Shown: positions 1 to 8,280 of the stretch, in pieces
How the letters are laid out: each line of letters starts with the position of its first letter
How positions within the stretch are numbered: the first letter of the stretch is position 1
NCBI GenBank assembly: GCA_020619395.1
Contig: GCA_020619395.1_4860.1
Length of the DNA: 64,000 nucleotides
DNA from: a phage
Direction: 5' to 3' (one strand)
Notes under the pieces: model-generated
Told to the model about the DNA's origin: nothing
The model's database searches: none
Seen by the model: the letters and a program-made list of their open reading frames with translations, nothing else
Position numbers and translations under genes: made by a program

Positions 1-392
1 CTACCCAGGCTGGTTTCTGCCTGACTGGTATAACCGGATACGATGTATTGCGTTTCCTGAGTGCGTGTTGCATTCAGAGGTTTAGCAATAAACACCGCCA
101 CGAAGTTAAAGATACCGGTATCACGTGATTCCCATTGGAACTGTACAGGACGATTGTCATCATCGGACACGTTGATGAATGGACGCTCAAAACCATTCTG
201 GGTGCCATCGAAGCCCACGATGGCAGATAATGCTTCTTGATACTGCTGTGTTCCCACAGCTTTTTCCCCGCCCAGTTCAACCGCTGCTGCTAAGTCATCC
301 AGTGCACCCGTCGATGCGTTAAAGCCGATGCGGCGACGAACTTGCTCTGGAACATCGTAGACCGGATACATCAGTAGATTTACAAGCTGCAT
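1..392 (-). CDS. hypothetical protein, N-terminal 130 codons; gene continues beyond the window start
   Basis: ATG at 392-390 preceded by AAGGAG in the conserved leader TTAAGGAGTATTTAAA; hand translation (MQLVNLLMYPVYDVPEQVRRRIGFNASTGALDDLAAAVELGGEK...) runs to position 1 without a stop. Confidence 0.5.
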   Translation of the reverse strand, partial: MQLVNLLMYPVYDVPEQVRRRIGFNASTGALDDLAAAVELGGEKAVGTQQYQEALSAIVGFDGTQNGFERPFINVSDDDNRPVQFQWESRDTGIFNFVAVFIAKPLNATRTQETQYIVSGYTSQAETSLG

Positions 393-404
393 TTTAAATA
401 CTCC

Positions 405-2039
405 TTAAGAATTAAACCATTCAACTTCTTCTAACTTGCGACGTGCATTCAACACCATAAACTCCGCCAGGCTATTGTGCAGTGACAAGTGAGGTATATA
501 GTTTGGCTGATCCGTCTCACACTTCAGCAGCGCAGCTGCTTCTGGTGTAGCCCTGAGATGGAACAGATACGGGTTGATGTGATCCTTGTGTAACAAGGTC
601 AATGATTCCCGTGGTGTAGATTGCGGTTCGAGATTACGCGGGTTGCGATACTCCTGAAGATAATATCTATCTAAATCTGCTTTGAGTTCAGATCGAATTG
701 GGTCGGCTGCATAACCGGCAGACATCTCAGAACGCACCATATTGCAACTTAACAGTTGCGCAACGTCATACATTCCATAATTGAGATAAGTTGCCTGTGC
801 CAACGCCATACCGTAGCGAAACGCTTCTGGTCCACATTCAGTATACGTCTTATAATGCGCGCTACGATGGAGTGCTAATGCGACTAACCATTCGTGCAAC
901 GTATAGACAGGACCGTCATGTGTTGCCAGTTGCGAATCAATCAATAACTTAACATCTGCTGGAGCGGCATTATCCAGACGCATTGTTTTCAAGAAAGAGC
1001 GGTATTCTTTAAATACGTACTCGGTACGGACGTATTCTTTCATCTGTGCAGGAGAACGTGCCTGCACCAAATCCATGGCGTTTATCTTACCCTTTTCGCC
1101 ATTGAATACCACACTTTCCGGATGCGCTTTTAACAGCACCGGCTGGTTAGAGATTTTGTTTGCAAAACCTGTTTCAATCTCTTGTTTAACCAGAAAATAC
1201 ATGCCGGTGACGATATTGTTGTTAACCATGATTTCAACCGGTAATTCACCACCGACTTCACGGACAGCCAACAATTTAATAATAGCATACGCCAGGATAT
1301 AATCTTCCATCATATCCGTGCCATAGCCCCGCACCGTAGCCAGTACCGACAAACTGGTGCTGTTCGTACCTTTGTTTGCCAGTTCTTTTTCTACCTTTTC
1401 CATCACTGTCTGTAGGAACCCACGCAGTTTCGGAATAGCAGGTAAAGACATGACTTCCGTGTCTTGAAGCATCTCCAGACAGTATGTCAGATTGTACACC
1501 ATTTTCCGGTGTGTTTCGATTGGCAAGTTCTTACCTATCGGGAACGTCCCCATGGTGAGGAACACCGGAATATACGGTTTAATCATCAGGACCAGTATCA
1601 ACAACTCGTAATAGTCCGGACGAATGTACGTCATCGCTTCCGGATAATTACTGTTCATTTCATCGTGCGTATCTTCCATGTTCTGCGGAATCCACAGCTT
1701 ATCGATGGGATACAGCTTACGATACACTTCGGCCTTGTGGAACTTCGCAATCGTCTGCACAATCTTCGGCATGTGCTTACGCTGCGTTTCCGTCGATTCG
1801 TTTGCCAGCTCGTCCAGCATCAGATACGCCATGAACAGTTCATCTTGTTCGTCTGGCGTTAAATAATCCCACACGCGTTGTAATTCCATGAAGAGAATGT
1901 TGTCGCGTGCAATCTGTTTACCTTTAACAGTGATGTAGTCGGGTGCGTTGTTATCCTTCCGATAACGTAAGCCAATAAATGTGACCTCTTGACCATGATG
2001 CTCGATTGTCATCCGGTCTTTAATCTTCATAATTTTCAT
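405..2039 (-). CDS. hypothetical protein (544 aa)
   Basis: long ORF; GGAG about 8 nt upstream of ATG; promoter-like motif at 2075-2089. Confidence 0.7.
   Translation of the reverse strand: MKIMKIKDRMTIEHHGQEVTFIGLRYRKDNNAPDYITVKGKQIARDNILFMELQRVWDYLTPDEQDELFMAYLMLDELANESTETQRKHMPKIVQTIAKFHKAEVYRKLYPIDKLWIPQNMEDTHDEMNSNYPEAMTYIRPDYYELLILVLMIKPYIPVFLTMGTFPIGKNLPIETHRKMVYNLTYCLEMLQDTEVMSLPAIPKLRGFLQTVMEKVEKELANKGTNSTSLSVLATVRGYGTDMMEDYILAYAIIKLLAVREVGGELPVEIMVNNNIVTGMYFLVKQEIETGFANKISNQPVLLKAHPESVVFNGEKGKINAMDLVQARSPAQMKEYVRTEYVFKEYRSFLKTMRLDNAAPADVKLLIDSQLATHDGPVYTLHEWLVALALHRSAHYKTYTECGPEAFRYGMALAQATYLNYGMYDVAQLLSCNMVRSEMSAGYAADPIRSELKADLDRYYLQEYRNPRNLEPQSTPRESLTLLHKDHINPYLFHLRATPEAAALLKCETDQPNYIPHLSLHNSLAEFMVLNARRKLEEVEWFNS
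657..671. promoter_or_regulatory. copy of recurrent promoter-like motif AGATAATATCTATCT, inside the 3' end of the 405-2039 ORF
   Basis: exact match to the motif found in five intergenic sites; lies 265 bp upstream of the gene starting at 392. Confidence 0.3.
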
Positions 2040-2074
2040 TATAGTTGAACTCCGCGAATAGTCGATTGCACTGA

Positions 2075-2089
2075 GATAATATCTATCTC
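2075..2089. promoter_or_regulatory. promoter-like motif AGATAATATCTATCT
   Basis: intergenic, 36 bp from the start codon at 2039; same 15-mer as at 657. Confidence 0.4.
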
Positions 2090-2174
2090 AATCTTCTTAC
2101 AGTGTGTGTTGCAGGACCACGCATAAGCGTTAATAGCCCAAGGTTTCCCTTGGGCGTATTTTTTATTTTGTTTC

Positions 2175-2834
2175 TTAGAGGAATTCGTCGTAAGAATCAG
2201 TGGTTGCTGGAGGTGCAGATTGTTGCTGCTGTTGATAACCGCCGCCGCTACGCTGACCACCACCCTGGCCACCACCGTATCCACCACGACCGAAGCTACC
2301 ACCACCTTGCTGGAATTCACGCGGCTTATATTTCTCTTCCAGGTTCTGTAAGAACTTCTCGAAGTTAGTGATAAACGCACGTGCGCAGCGCTCGGCAAGT
2401 TCTAAATCAGAAACCTGCTGGCCGTCGCGGAAAATACGGAAACCTTTCGGGTAGGAGAAGTAGAACTTCTTCTGGCGGGCACCAACGCCCTGGATTTCAC
2501 CGGCAATAGCGATGAACGGTAACAGGTTGTCTTCACGGCCAACAATCAGACTAACGGGCGGTTTGTTGCCGTTTTCGTTAGTAAACTTCAGCATACTCTT
2601 TTCGCTCTTACGCAGACAATCCTGCAGAGCTTCGATAATGGTACGGCAAACCGTAATCGGCGCAGAGAAATAGAGACCTTCGCCCTTACCAAAGGAGTAG
2701 CTAAACTTCATAGTTTCAACATCACCGTTGAAATCATTCGGTTCGATGTTGAGTTTACGCGTACGGTTTTGCTGATCCGGTTCGGTCTGCGGGTAAAGCC
2801 ATTTGTCTTTGAAAATTTCTTGGTTAATCATCAT
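2175..2834 (-). CDS. putative single-stranded DNA-binding protein-like (Gly/Gln-rich linker and acidic C-terminal tip)
   Basis: C-terminus GGGSFGRGGYGGGQGGGQRSGGGYQQQQQSAPPATTDSYDEFL resembles the SSB flexible linker plus acidic tail; start moved to the ATGATG at 2834 preceded by AAGGA. Confidence 0.4.
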   Translation of the reverse strand: MMINQEIFKDKWLYPQTEPDQQNRTRKLNIEPNDFNGDVETMKFSYSFGKGEGLYFSAPITVCRTIIEALQDCLRKSEKSMLKFTNENGNKPPVSLIVGREDNLLPFIAIAGEIQGVGARQKKFYFSYPKGFRIFRDGQQVSDLELAERCARAFITNFEKFLQNLEEKYKPREFQQGGGSFGRGGYGGGQGGGQRSGGGYQQQQQSAPPATTDSYDEFL

Positions 2835-2899
2835 TTCATCCTTTTCGGAAAAGCAGTCTAGTGGTTCACACATGATGTCCCACTAACGTAAATTTTAAC

Positions 2900-3736
2900 T
2901 TACTTCATAAGCCTGCGGAGCAGTTCAATTACAAATGGCTCATTCACCAGTTTTAGACAGTTATAAATACGGTCCATTGTGGTATCCTGTTTCCAGCTGT
3001 ACTTCTCTGCGGTTTTTAACACCACCCCACGCGTTTTGCGATCGAGGGGTGAAAACATTATCCCGTCGCCAAACAACGTCAGGAACGCTTTGTTAAACGG
3101 AATATGTTGGGGTTTCCCGTTAAGTTTGGTGTACCACTCCAGTTGTGTTTTCACTTTACCGGTGTGCGATTCCAACAAACCCAGTTTAGGGAAATCTTTA
3201 CGTGCCAGGAGATCAGCTGGCATGTGGGTCAGTAACAGTGTGTCGCGGCTACCCTCTGGGAAAACATCGAATTGACGGAAGTCATTTTCGTGTTTCTCAC
3301 CGTACATTTTTAAGGTGTCGTGTTCCAGTGCATTATAGTGCAGCTGGTTTGGCGTCATCTTATCCTGACCGCCTGCAATGTTTTTGAACGAGGCTTCGGG
3401 AAACACTTTGTTAGCGCTACGATAGCTACAAAGGTACGGAACGCATAACACCGAAGGGGCTACCGCTCTCGCGGTAGCCGTAAGATTATTAATATCTTCT
3501 TCAATCGATGTTAGCATCACGTCGGGTGTTAACCGTTCTCTATTCTCTTCAAACGCATAGAAGGCGTTACGGAACAATGTCCGGAGATTCAGGTATATTT
3601 CCTGATAGGAATGGATAGGCAATTCGCCTTTCCAGTCGGCGTATTCGCCGGTATGCAGCAGACCTTCAAACGCCAGCGAACTGGCGATTGACACTGAATA
3701 GAACCCGAAAGTGCGATCAACACTGATTGGATTCAT
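2900..3736 (-). CDS. hypothetical protein (278 aa)
   Basis: long ORF with AGGAAA upstream; start overlaps the stop of the upstream gene by 4 nt. Confidence 0.65.
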   Translation of the reverse strand: MNPISVDRTFGFYSVSIASSLAFEGLLHTGEYADWKGELPIHSYQEIYLNLRTLFRNAFYAFEENRERLTPDVMLTSIEEDINNLTATARAVAPSVLCVPYLCSYRSANKVFPEASFKNIAGGQDKMTPNQLHYNALEHDTLKMYGEKHENDFRQFDVFPEGSRDTLLLTHMPADLLARKDFPKLGLLESHTGKVKTQLEWYTKLNGKPQHIPFNKAFLTLFGDGIMFSPLDRKTRGVVLKTAEKYSWKQDTTMDRIYNCLKLVNEPFVIELLRRLMK

Positions 3737-4884
3737 TCTATTTTCCTAATGATTGCAGTAACAACATCAGGGTCGTACTTCACTGATGTTAGCTCTTCGA
3801 GAACCAACCGTTCGAAGTTCTCAGGAGTAGGTTTTTCGTACACTGGGGCTTCGTTCGAAAAACTCTTTACTAACAACTCCTCTTCTTCAGAGGAGCGCAC
3901 ACGTTCTCCAGATATGTGGAACGTGTATTCTTTTTTCCACCGACTGACGTATTCGGCCATCGGTGAACCTGCGTAATACTCGACTTCAAATCGTCCAATA
4001 GCGGACGAAGGATGATTGTCGATGTATTCTAATGCAGAAAGACAAGCTGCTAACTGCGCATCAAAGTCTTCCTGTGCCCGAATCTTTTTCTGCGGGCACG
4101 CGCGTGGGTTAACCAGGAAATAATCCCTGGCAACCGTATCGGTGAAATCGACAAGAGCTACGCCTTTGTCCTCCTCTTCACCTTGAGATAGCCGCTCAGG
4201 ACTACCTACAACTCTTATCTTGTCTAATTCTTTAGGTCGATGGTCGTGCCCGATAAATATCAGGTGCTTGACTCTCGGCAACCAGAACTCCTCGTGGAAA
4301 GAACGAGGGGACTCGACAGGGAGTTGAAACTGGAAGCAGCCGTGCATGAAGATAAAGTCTAACTTCTCCAAGCCTCGTGTCGCCATCAGTTCTGCCATTT
4401 CTGCCTCAGTGGCAGCAGCATTAATTTCATCGACGCCAGCAGCTTTATATTCGTCCTGCACCCAACCTACCATCGCATCGAGAGCCGGATCGTAAAATAT
4501 CCCGATCCCTGCCAAATACAAACAGTCTGCGCCTATACTGATGTTCAGCGACTCAACTATTTTGGACTGGCCATGGTCATGGGACGGTGTTCCCTCAACG
4601 ATGCGAACTGCGGTATTAGTGGCCTTAGACCACTGGAGCAACCACGTCAAGAAGCCCACAGCTTCTTGAGAATCTTCCTGGCGAAGATGTCGGGAATCAT
4701 CAAATAAATCCCCTGCTATATAAAAGGCATCAAGCGTATTTTCGCAGCTAATGAGTACCTCACGTATCACATCCACGATGTGCCAAGTAGGCACACGTTT
4801 ATGCAACAAATGGATATCGTTAGTGTTCAAAAGGCGCTTAACGCCTTCTGGTTTCTTAGGAGGTTTAGTAATCTTCTCCATCAC
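3733..4884 (-). CDS. SbcD/Mre11-like metallophosphoesterase nuclease
   Basis: calcineurin-like phosphoesterase motifs in order: NDIHL, IAGDLFDD, GTPSHDHG, FIFMHG, IGHDHRP. Confidence 0.65.
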   Translation of the reverse strand: MMEKITKPPKKPEGVKRLLNTNDIHLLHKRVPTWHIVDVIREVLISCENTLDAFYIAGDLFDDSRHLRQEDSQEAVGFLTWLLQWSKATNTAVRIVEGTPSHDHGQSKIVESLNISIGADCLYLAGIGIFYDPALDAMVGWVQDEYKAAGVDEINAAATEAEMAELMATRGLEKLDFIFMHGCFQFQLPVESPRSFHEEFWLPRVKHLIFIGHDHRPKELDKIRVVGSPERLSQGEEEDKGVALVDFTDTVARDYFLVNPRACPQKKIRAQEDFDAQLAACLSALEYIDNHPSSAIGRFEVEYYAGSPMAEYVSRWKKEYTFHISGERVRSSEEEELLVKSFSNEAPVYEKPTPENFERLVLEELTSVKYDPDVVTAIIRKIE

Positions 4885-5539
4885 CGATCCCTACGATTGG
4901 CTGCGTTTGAGCTGGGGCTTGCACCGAGGTCTCTGCAGCTGTCGCCGTGTTTTTACCGCCGGTAATTTTATCGACGTATTCAACCAACCCTTCCGGATAT
5001 GGCAATTGACCACCCACACCGTAGCGTCGGAAAATCCAGTTCAGCAAGTCAATAATGTACTTCGCACGAACTGAATTTTCAGCCAGTGACATATTTTCGA
5101 TCCCGGTTAGGGTGTAATCGATCATCTTGTACATCTGGGTTTCACCGACGGTTGCAATCACATCAACCTGACGACGGATGTACTCAGTCTCATCGGAGAG
5201 TGAAGGTTCGCCGTCAACGGTGATTAATGAGCGGCCGGTGTTCAACAGAGCAGGGATGGTAAATAGCAGTTTGCTGTTATCAGCATCGTCCACAATCTGC
5301 AGGGGTACAAATGGACTTCCTACGTAAGCCGTCCAGGTCTCTTCGTTAAAAGTACCATCAAGCATACCGGACAACAGTGGTAAGCCCTGGCGACGGAACT
5401 GTGCTTCGGTGAACACACTGCAAACGTTCTGGCTTTCCGCCAAATCGTTTTCAATCTCTTTGAGTTTGTTATACTCAAAGCGCATCTGCTCATTCATCTG
5501 ACTTAACGGTACACCGTTAAATGTAGGTTCCTGGCTCAT
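4865..5539 (-). CDS. hypothetical protein (224 aa)
   Basis: ORF in the minus-strand gene series. Confidence 0.6.
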   Translation of the reverse strand: MSQEPTFNGVPLSQMNEQMRFEYNKLKEIENDLAESQNVCSVFTEAQFRRQGLPLLSGMLDGTFNEETWTAYVGSPFVPLQIVDDADNSKLLFTIPALLNTGRSLITVDGEPSLSDETEYIRRQVDVIATVGETQMYKMIDYTLTGIENMSLAENSVRAKYIIDLLNWIFRRYGVGGQLPYPEGLVEYVDKITGGKNTATAAETSVQAPAQTQPIVGIGDGEDY

Positions 5540-5925
5540 TACATATCCTCAATCGCACTCGACTCGGTATCCACGTACCGCTCAACATCGTACCATTCAC
5601 CGTCTACAACTTCTTGCACACGGACACTAATGAAGATGCGGTAGCGCACATCTGAATCTTTTAAAAACTCCCAGCTGGTTTCAACTTCAACGCCAGCAGG
5701 AAATACGTTCCCGTAGAGGTTCTCCAAATCCATTTTAATCTGGGCAACCATCCCGTCGGGATCTTGTGCAAACACAGCTTGCGTATACGCAAGTGATTTA
5801 ATGTTCCCACGATAAACCACCGATTGGCTATAGCCAGACTCGGTGTAATGGTTCATCAGCTCACGCGCCTTTTCCTGGGGTGTACGTGCCCAGCCACGTG
5901 TGGATAAGGTTCCTACCGCAATCAT
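5539..5925 (-). CDS. hypothetical protein (about 128 aa; start moved to internal ATG)
   Basis: internal ATG at 5925 has AGGAG 5 nt upstream; the listed longer ORF would read through a terminator hairpin. Confidence 0.5.
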   Translation of the reverse strand: MIAVGTLSTRGWARTPQEKARELMNHYTESGYSQSVVYRGNIKSLAYTQAVFAQDPDGMVAQIKMDLENLYGNVFPAGVEVETSWEFLKDSDVRYRIFISVRVQEVVDGEWYDVERYVDTESSAIEDM

Positions 5926-5970
5926 GTTAGCTCCTGTCAAATTCAAGGTAGGATGCTGCATACAGCCCCC

Positions 5971-6010
5971 AGTGAAGAAAAAAAGAGGGGCCGAAGCCCC
6001 ATCTTTTTTA
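5971..6010 (-). terminator. intrinsic terminator (A-run, GGGGC-CGAA-GCCCC hairpin, T-run; could act in both directions)
   Basis: hairpin 5987-6000 flanked by A-tract and T-tract, just downstream of the gene ending at 6008. Confidence 0.55.
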
Positions 6011-6589
6011 ACACGTCGCGCCAAGTTCCGAACAGGGATCACCATCTTCCCAGTCGAAAGCTGACATGCGTGCCCAGTTAAGTTGAATATCCACTTTATC
6101 GATTCGACTCAGTCGTACTGCACGATCTTCATTGGTAGCCCATTGCCAAATCTTATCTTCGTCGTACTTCGTCGAAATGCCCGATGTTGCTTCGCGGAAG
6201 TGGTCATCGGTACGCATATACGCATTGCCTTTGAACACATCCAACCGCGAAAAGCCGTTCTCATAACCAGTCGCCATACCGTCATTATACAACTTACGAT
6301 ATTCCGGCATGGCAACGAGGAATGGCTGTAAAGCAGCATTGGCGAACTGGAATTCACCCAACTCTTCGATCTGTCTTACCATCTCTACCGCATCGCTATA
6401 ACGTAATTTACGTGCGGTACTGAATGTTTCACGGAAACGCTCCAGTGAGATTAAGTCCTGACAATGTTCTTTTACACGGTCAACGAGATCGGGTGCCAGG
6501 CTAGACAGCGAAAACGATTCTTTGAATACGCTGAGTGCCCCGCTACCTTCGGTCTGTTTCGTCCACACCGTGCTACCTTGTAGCCACAT
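6008..6589 (-). CDS. hypothetical protein (193 aa)
   Basis: ORF followed by a terminator hairpin. Confidence 0.6.
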   Translation of the reverse strand: MWLQGSTVWTKQTEGSGALSVFKESFSLSSLAPDLVDRVKEHCQDLISLERFRETFSTARKLRYSDAVEMVRQIEELGEFQFANAALQPFLVAMPEYRKLYNDGMATGYENGFSRLDVFKGNAYMRTDDHFREATSGISTKYDEDKIWQWATNEDRAVRLSRIDKVDIQLNWARMSAFDWEDGDPCSELGATC

Positions 6590-6602
6590 TACAATACTCC
6601 TA

Positions 6603-8198
6603 TTAGCCCATCACCGCTTCCAACGGAATGCCTTCTTCATCATCCTCATCTGCTTCAATAAGGAACTGGTTCTGCATACTGATTAGCTCGTTATGTAAAA
6701 CCATGCCGTGTTCTACGCGGTCCACATCAGTAGAAGACATAAAGCCGTTATCTGGACGGAATTGGAGTGCCAACTTCATCTCAGTTTCATCGACTGGCAA
6801 ACGTACCTGGAACTGGTCGCCATCGAAATCTCCATTTGCCATCTTGATCACACGGTCAGAGATACGCAGCGAACACTGGTTAACATCGGTAACAACTTCA
6901 TCGATGTACAGCGTTTGAATAGACAACTGTACCAGCGTTGGGTTACGTAACGGTATGACCATGATCCCAAGACCGCCTGGGGATTCACGAATCAGTTCTT
7001 TAAAGATTTCATCTACAAGCGGGTCATACTGCATTGCCGCTTTCGCAACGATACGTTCACACTGCCGTGACGAATAACCGCGTCGTAGCAGTTTGTTCTC
7101 GATGTGGGTCGACATCAACCCAACCATCCAACGCCATGGTGCTTTTAACTTCCAGGCATCATGTGGTTCTGAGATAGGTGAGATGGTTGCACGACCACCG
7201 AACGGGATATGGGTAGAACCCAATTTCGCACGATAGTCACCCGGTTTACCTTCCATAGACTCACGACGGAAGTCCATGTGGAAGTACGTTAACTGACGGT
7301 TCGCCTTCAAAGCGCGACTAATCAGAAAACGTGGTTCGATCGCTTTACGCCGCGTATAGAGCAACGCGATATTTTTCACCGCATCAATAGCACCCGTGAA
7401 CACTGGGTCTACCATGACACCACGACGACCTTCCTCAGTAACGATAAGTTTAGAGGAGATTAGCGGTAAGTGTCTTGGGAAGAATGCGTGACGTTGCGTT
7501 TCGAATAGCTCCTTCCATTGTAAACGTAAGCGTTCACCTTCAGCGGCGTTATGCCGATTAGGTGCGAAGATTTCCTTCCAGGCTTCTGGCGTGGTAAGGA
7601 TGTTAAAGATACTAACGTGGTTATCAACCAGATTGCGCAAGCCACGAACGAAACCGTGTTCTTCCAATACACGTTTCACAGCATGTGCGCGTTTACCGTC
7701 TGGTTCTTCTATACGGTAATACGGGTCAATCATCCACATCATCAAGTCATTACCGCGTTCGATAGTGACCTTGTTACGTTCAAACTTCTTCAACTTGCTA
7801 TTAAAGAAAGCATTGAACATTGCCCAGAATCGTGGGTTGACGAAGTTACCCATTTCATCAGGTGCACGTAACCAGACATCGGATTCAATTCGATGTTCAG
7901 TTACAACATAGCCACACGTCGGACACTTACAACCGAGATTGTAACGATGCGCGATCGGTGCCGGACAATCCAAACTACAAATCGGTGCAGAGTTCAGTTC
8001 TTCGTCAACGATTCTGTTCTGTACCATGCGATCGATAAGTTCAGCAACTTCGATCGCATCCCCGTTAACGGCGACATCGTTAATAATAGTGGGTGGTTTA
8101 ATACCTTTGGCTGCAGCTTCTATTTGCAAATCGGACAAATAGTTATCCTGACTAACCAACCGGCCGGATATTCCGTAGAATTTTGGTACCTTTCTCAC
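6603..8198 (-). CDS. multisubunit RNA polymerase beta-prime N-terminal-like subunit (probable non-virion RNAP)
   Basis: Cys4 cluster CSLDCPAPIAHRYNLGCKCPTCG near the N-terminus; RNPTLVQLSIQ...MANGDFDGDQFQVRLP matches the bacterial beta-prime RQPTLHRLGIQ...NADFDGDQMAVHVP catalytic segment; GTG start with GAGG upstream. Confidence 0.7.
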   Translation of the reverse strand: MRKVPKFYGISGRLVSQDNYLSDLQIEAAAKGIKPPTIINDVAVNGDAIEVAELIDRMVQNRIVDEELNSAPICSLDCPAPIAHRYNLGCKCPTCGYVVTEHRIESDVWLRAPDEMGNFVNPRFWAMFNAFFNSKLKKFERNKVTIERGNDLMMWMIDPYYRIEEPDGKRAHAVKRVLEEHGFVRGLRNLVDNHVSIFNILTTPEAWKEIFAPNRHNAAEGERLRLQWKELFETQRHAFFPRHLPLISSKLIVTEEGRRGVMVDPVFTGAIDAVKNIALLYTRRKAIEPRFLISRALKANRQLTYFHMDFRRESMEGKPGDYRAKLGSTHIPFGGRATISPISEPHDAWKLKAPWRWMVGLMSTHIENKLLRRGYSSRQCERIVAKAAMQYDPLVDEIFKELIRESPGGLGIMVIPLRNPTLVQLSIQTLYIDEVVTDVNQCSLRISDRVIKMANGDFDGDQFQVRLPVDETEMKLALQFRPDNGFMSSTDVDRVEHGMVLHNELISMQNQFLIEADEDDEEGIPLEAVMG

Positions 8199-8212
8199 TC
8201 TGTCAACCTCAA

Positions 8213-8252
8213 CAAAAAAAGAGGGAAGGACGGAGGCGTTAGCCCCCGTCCG
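8213..8252 (-). terminator. intrinsic terminator
   Basis: GGACGG...CCGTCC hairpin followed on the minus strand by a 7-nt T-run, downstream of the gene ending at 8281. Confidence 0.55.
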
Positions 8253-8280
8253 TTTCCTAACTACTCAGTAACCGATTCGA

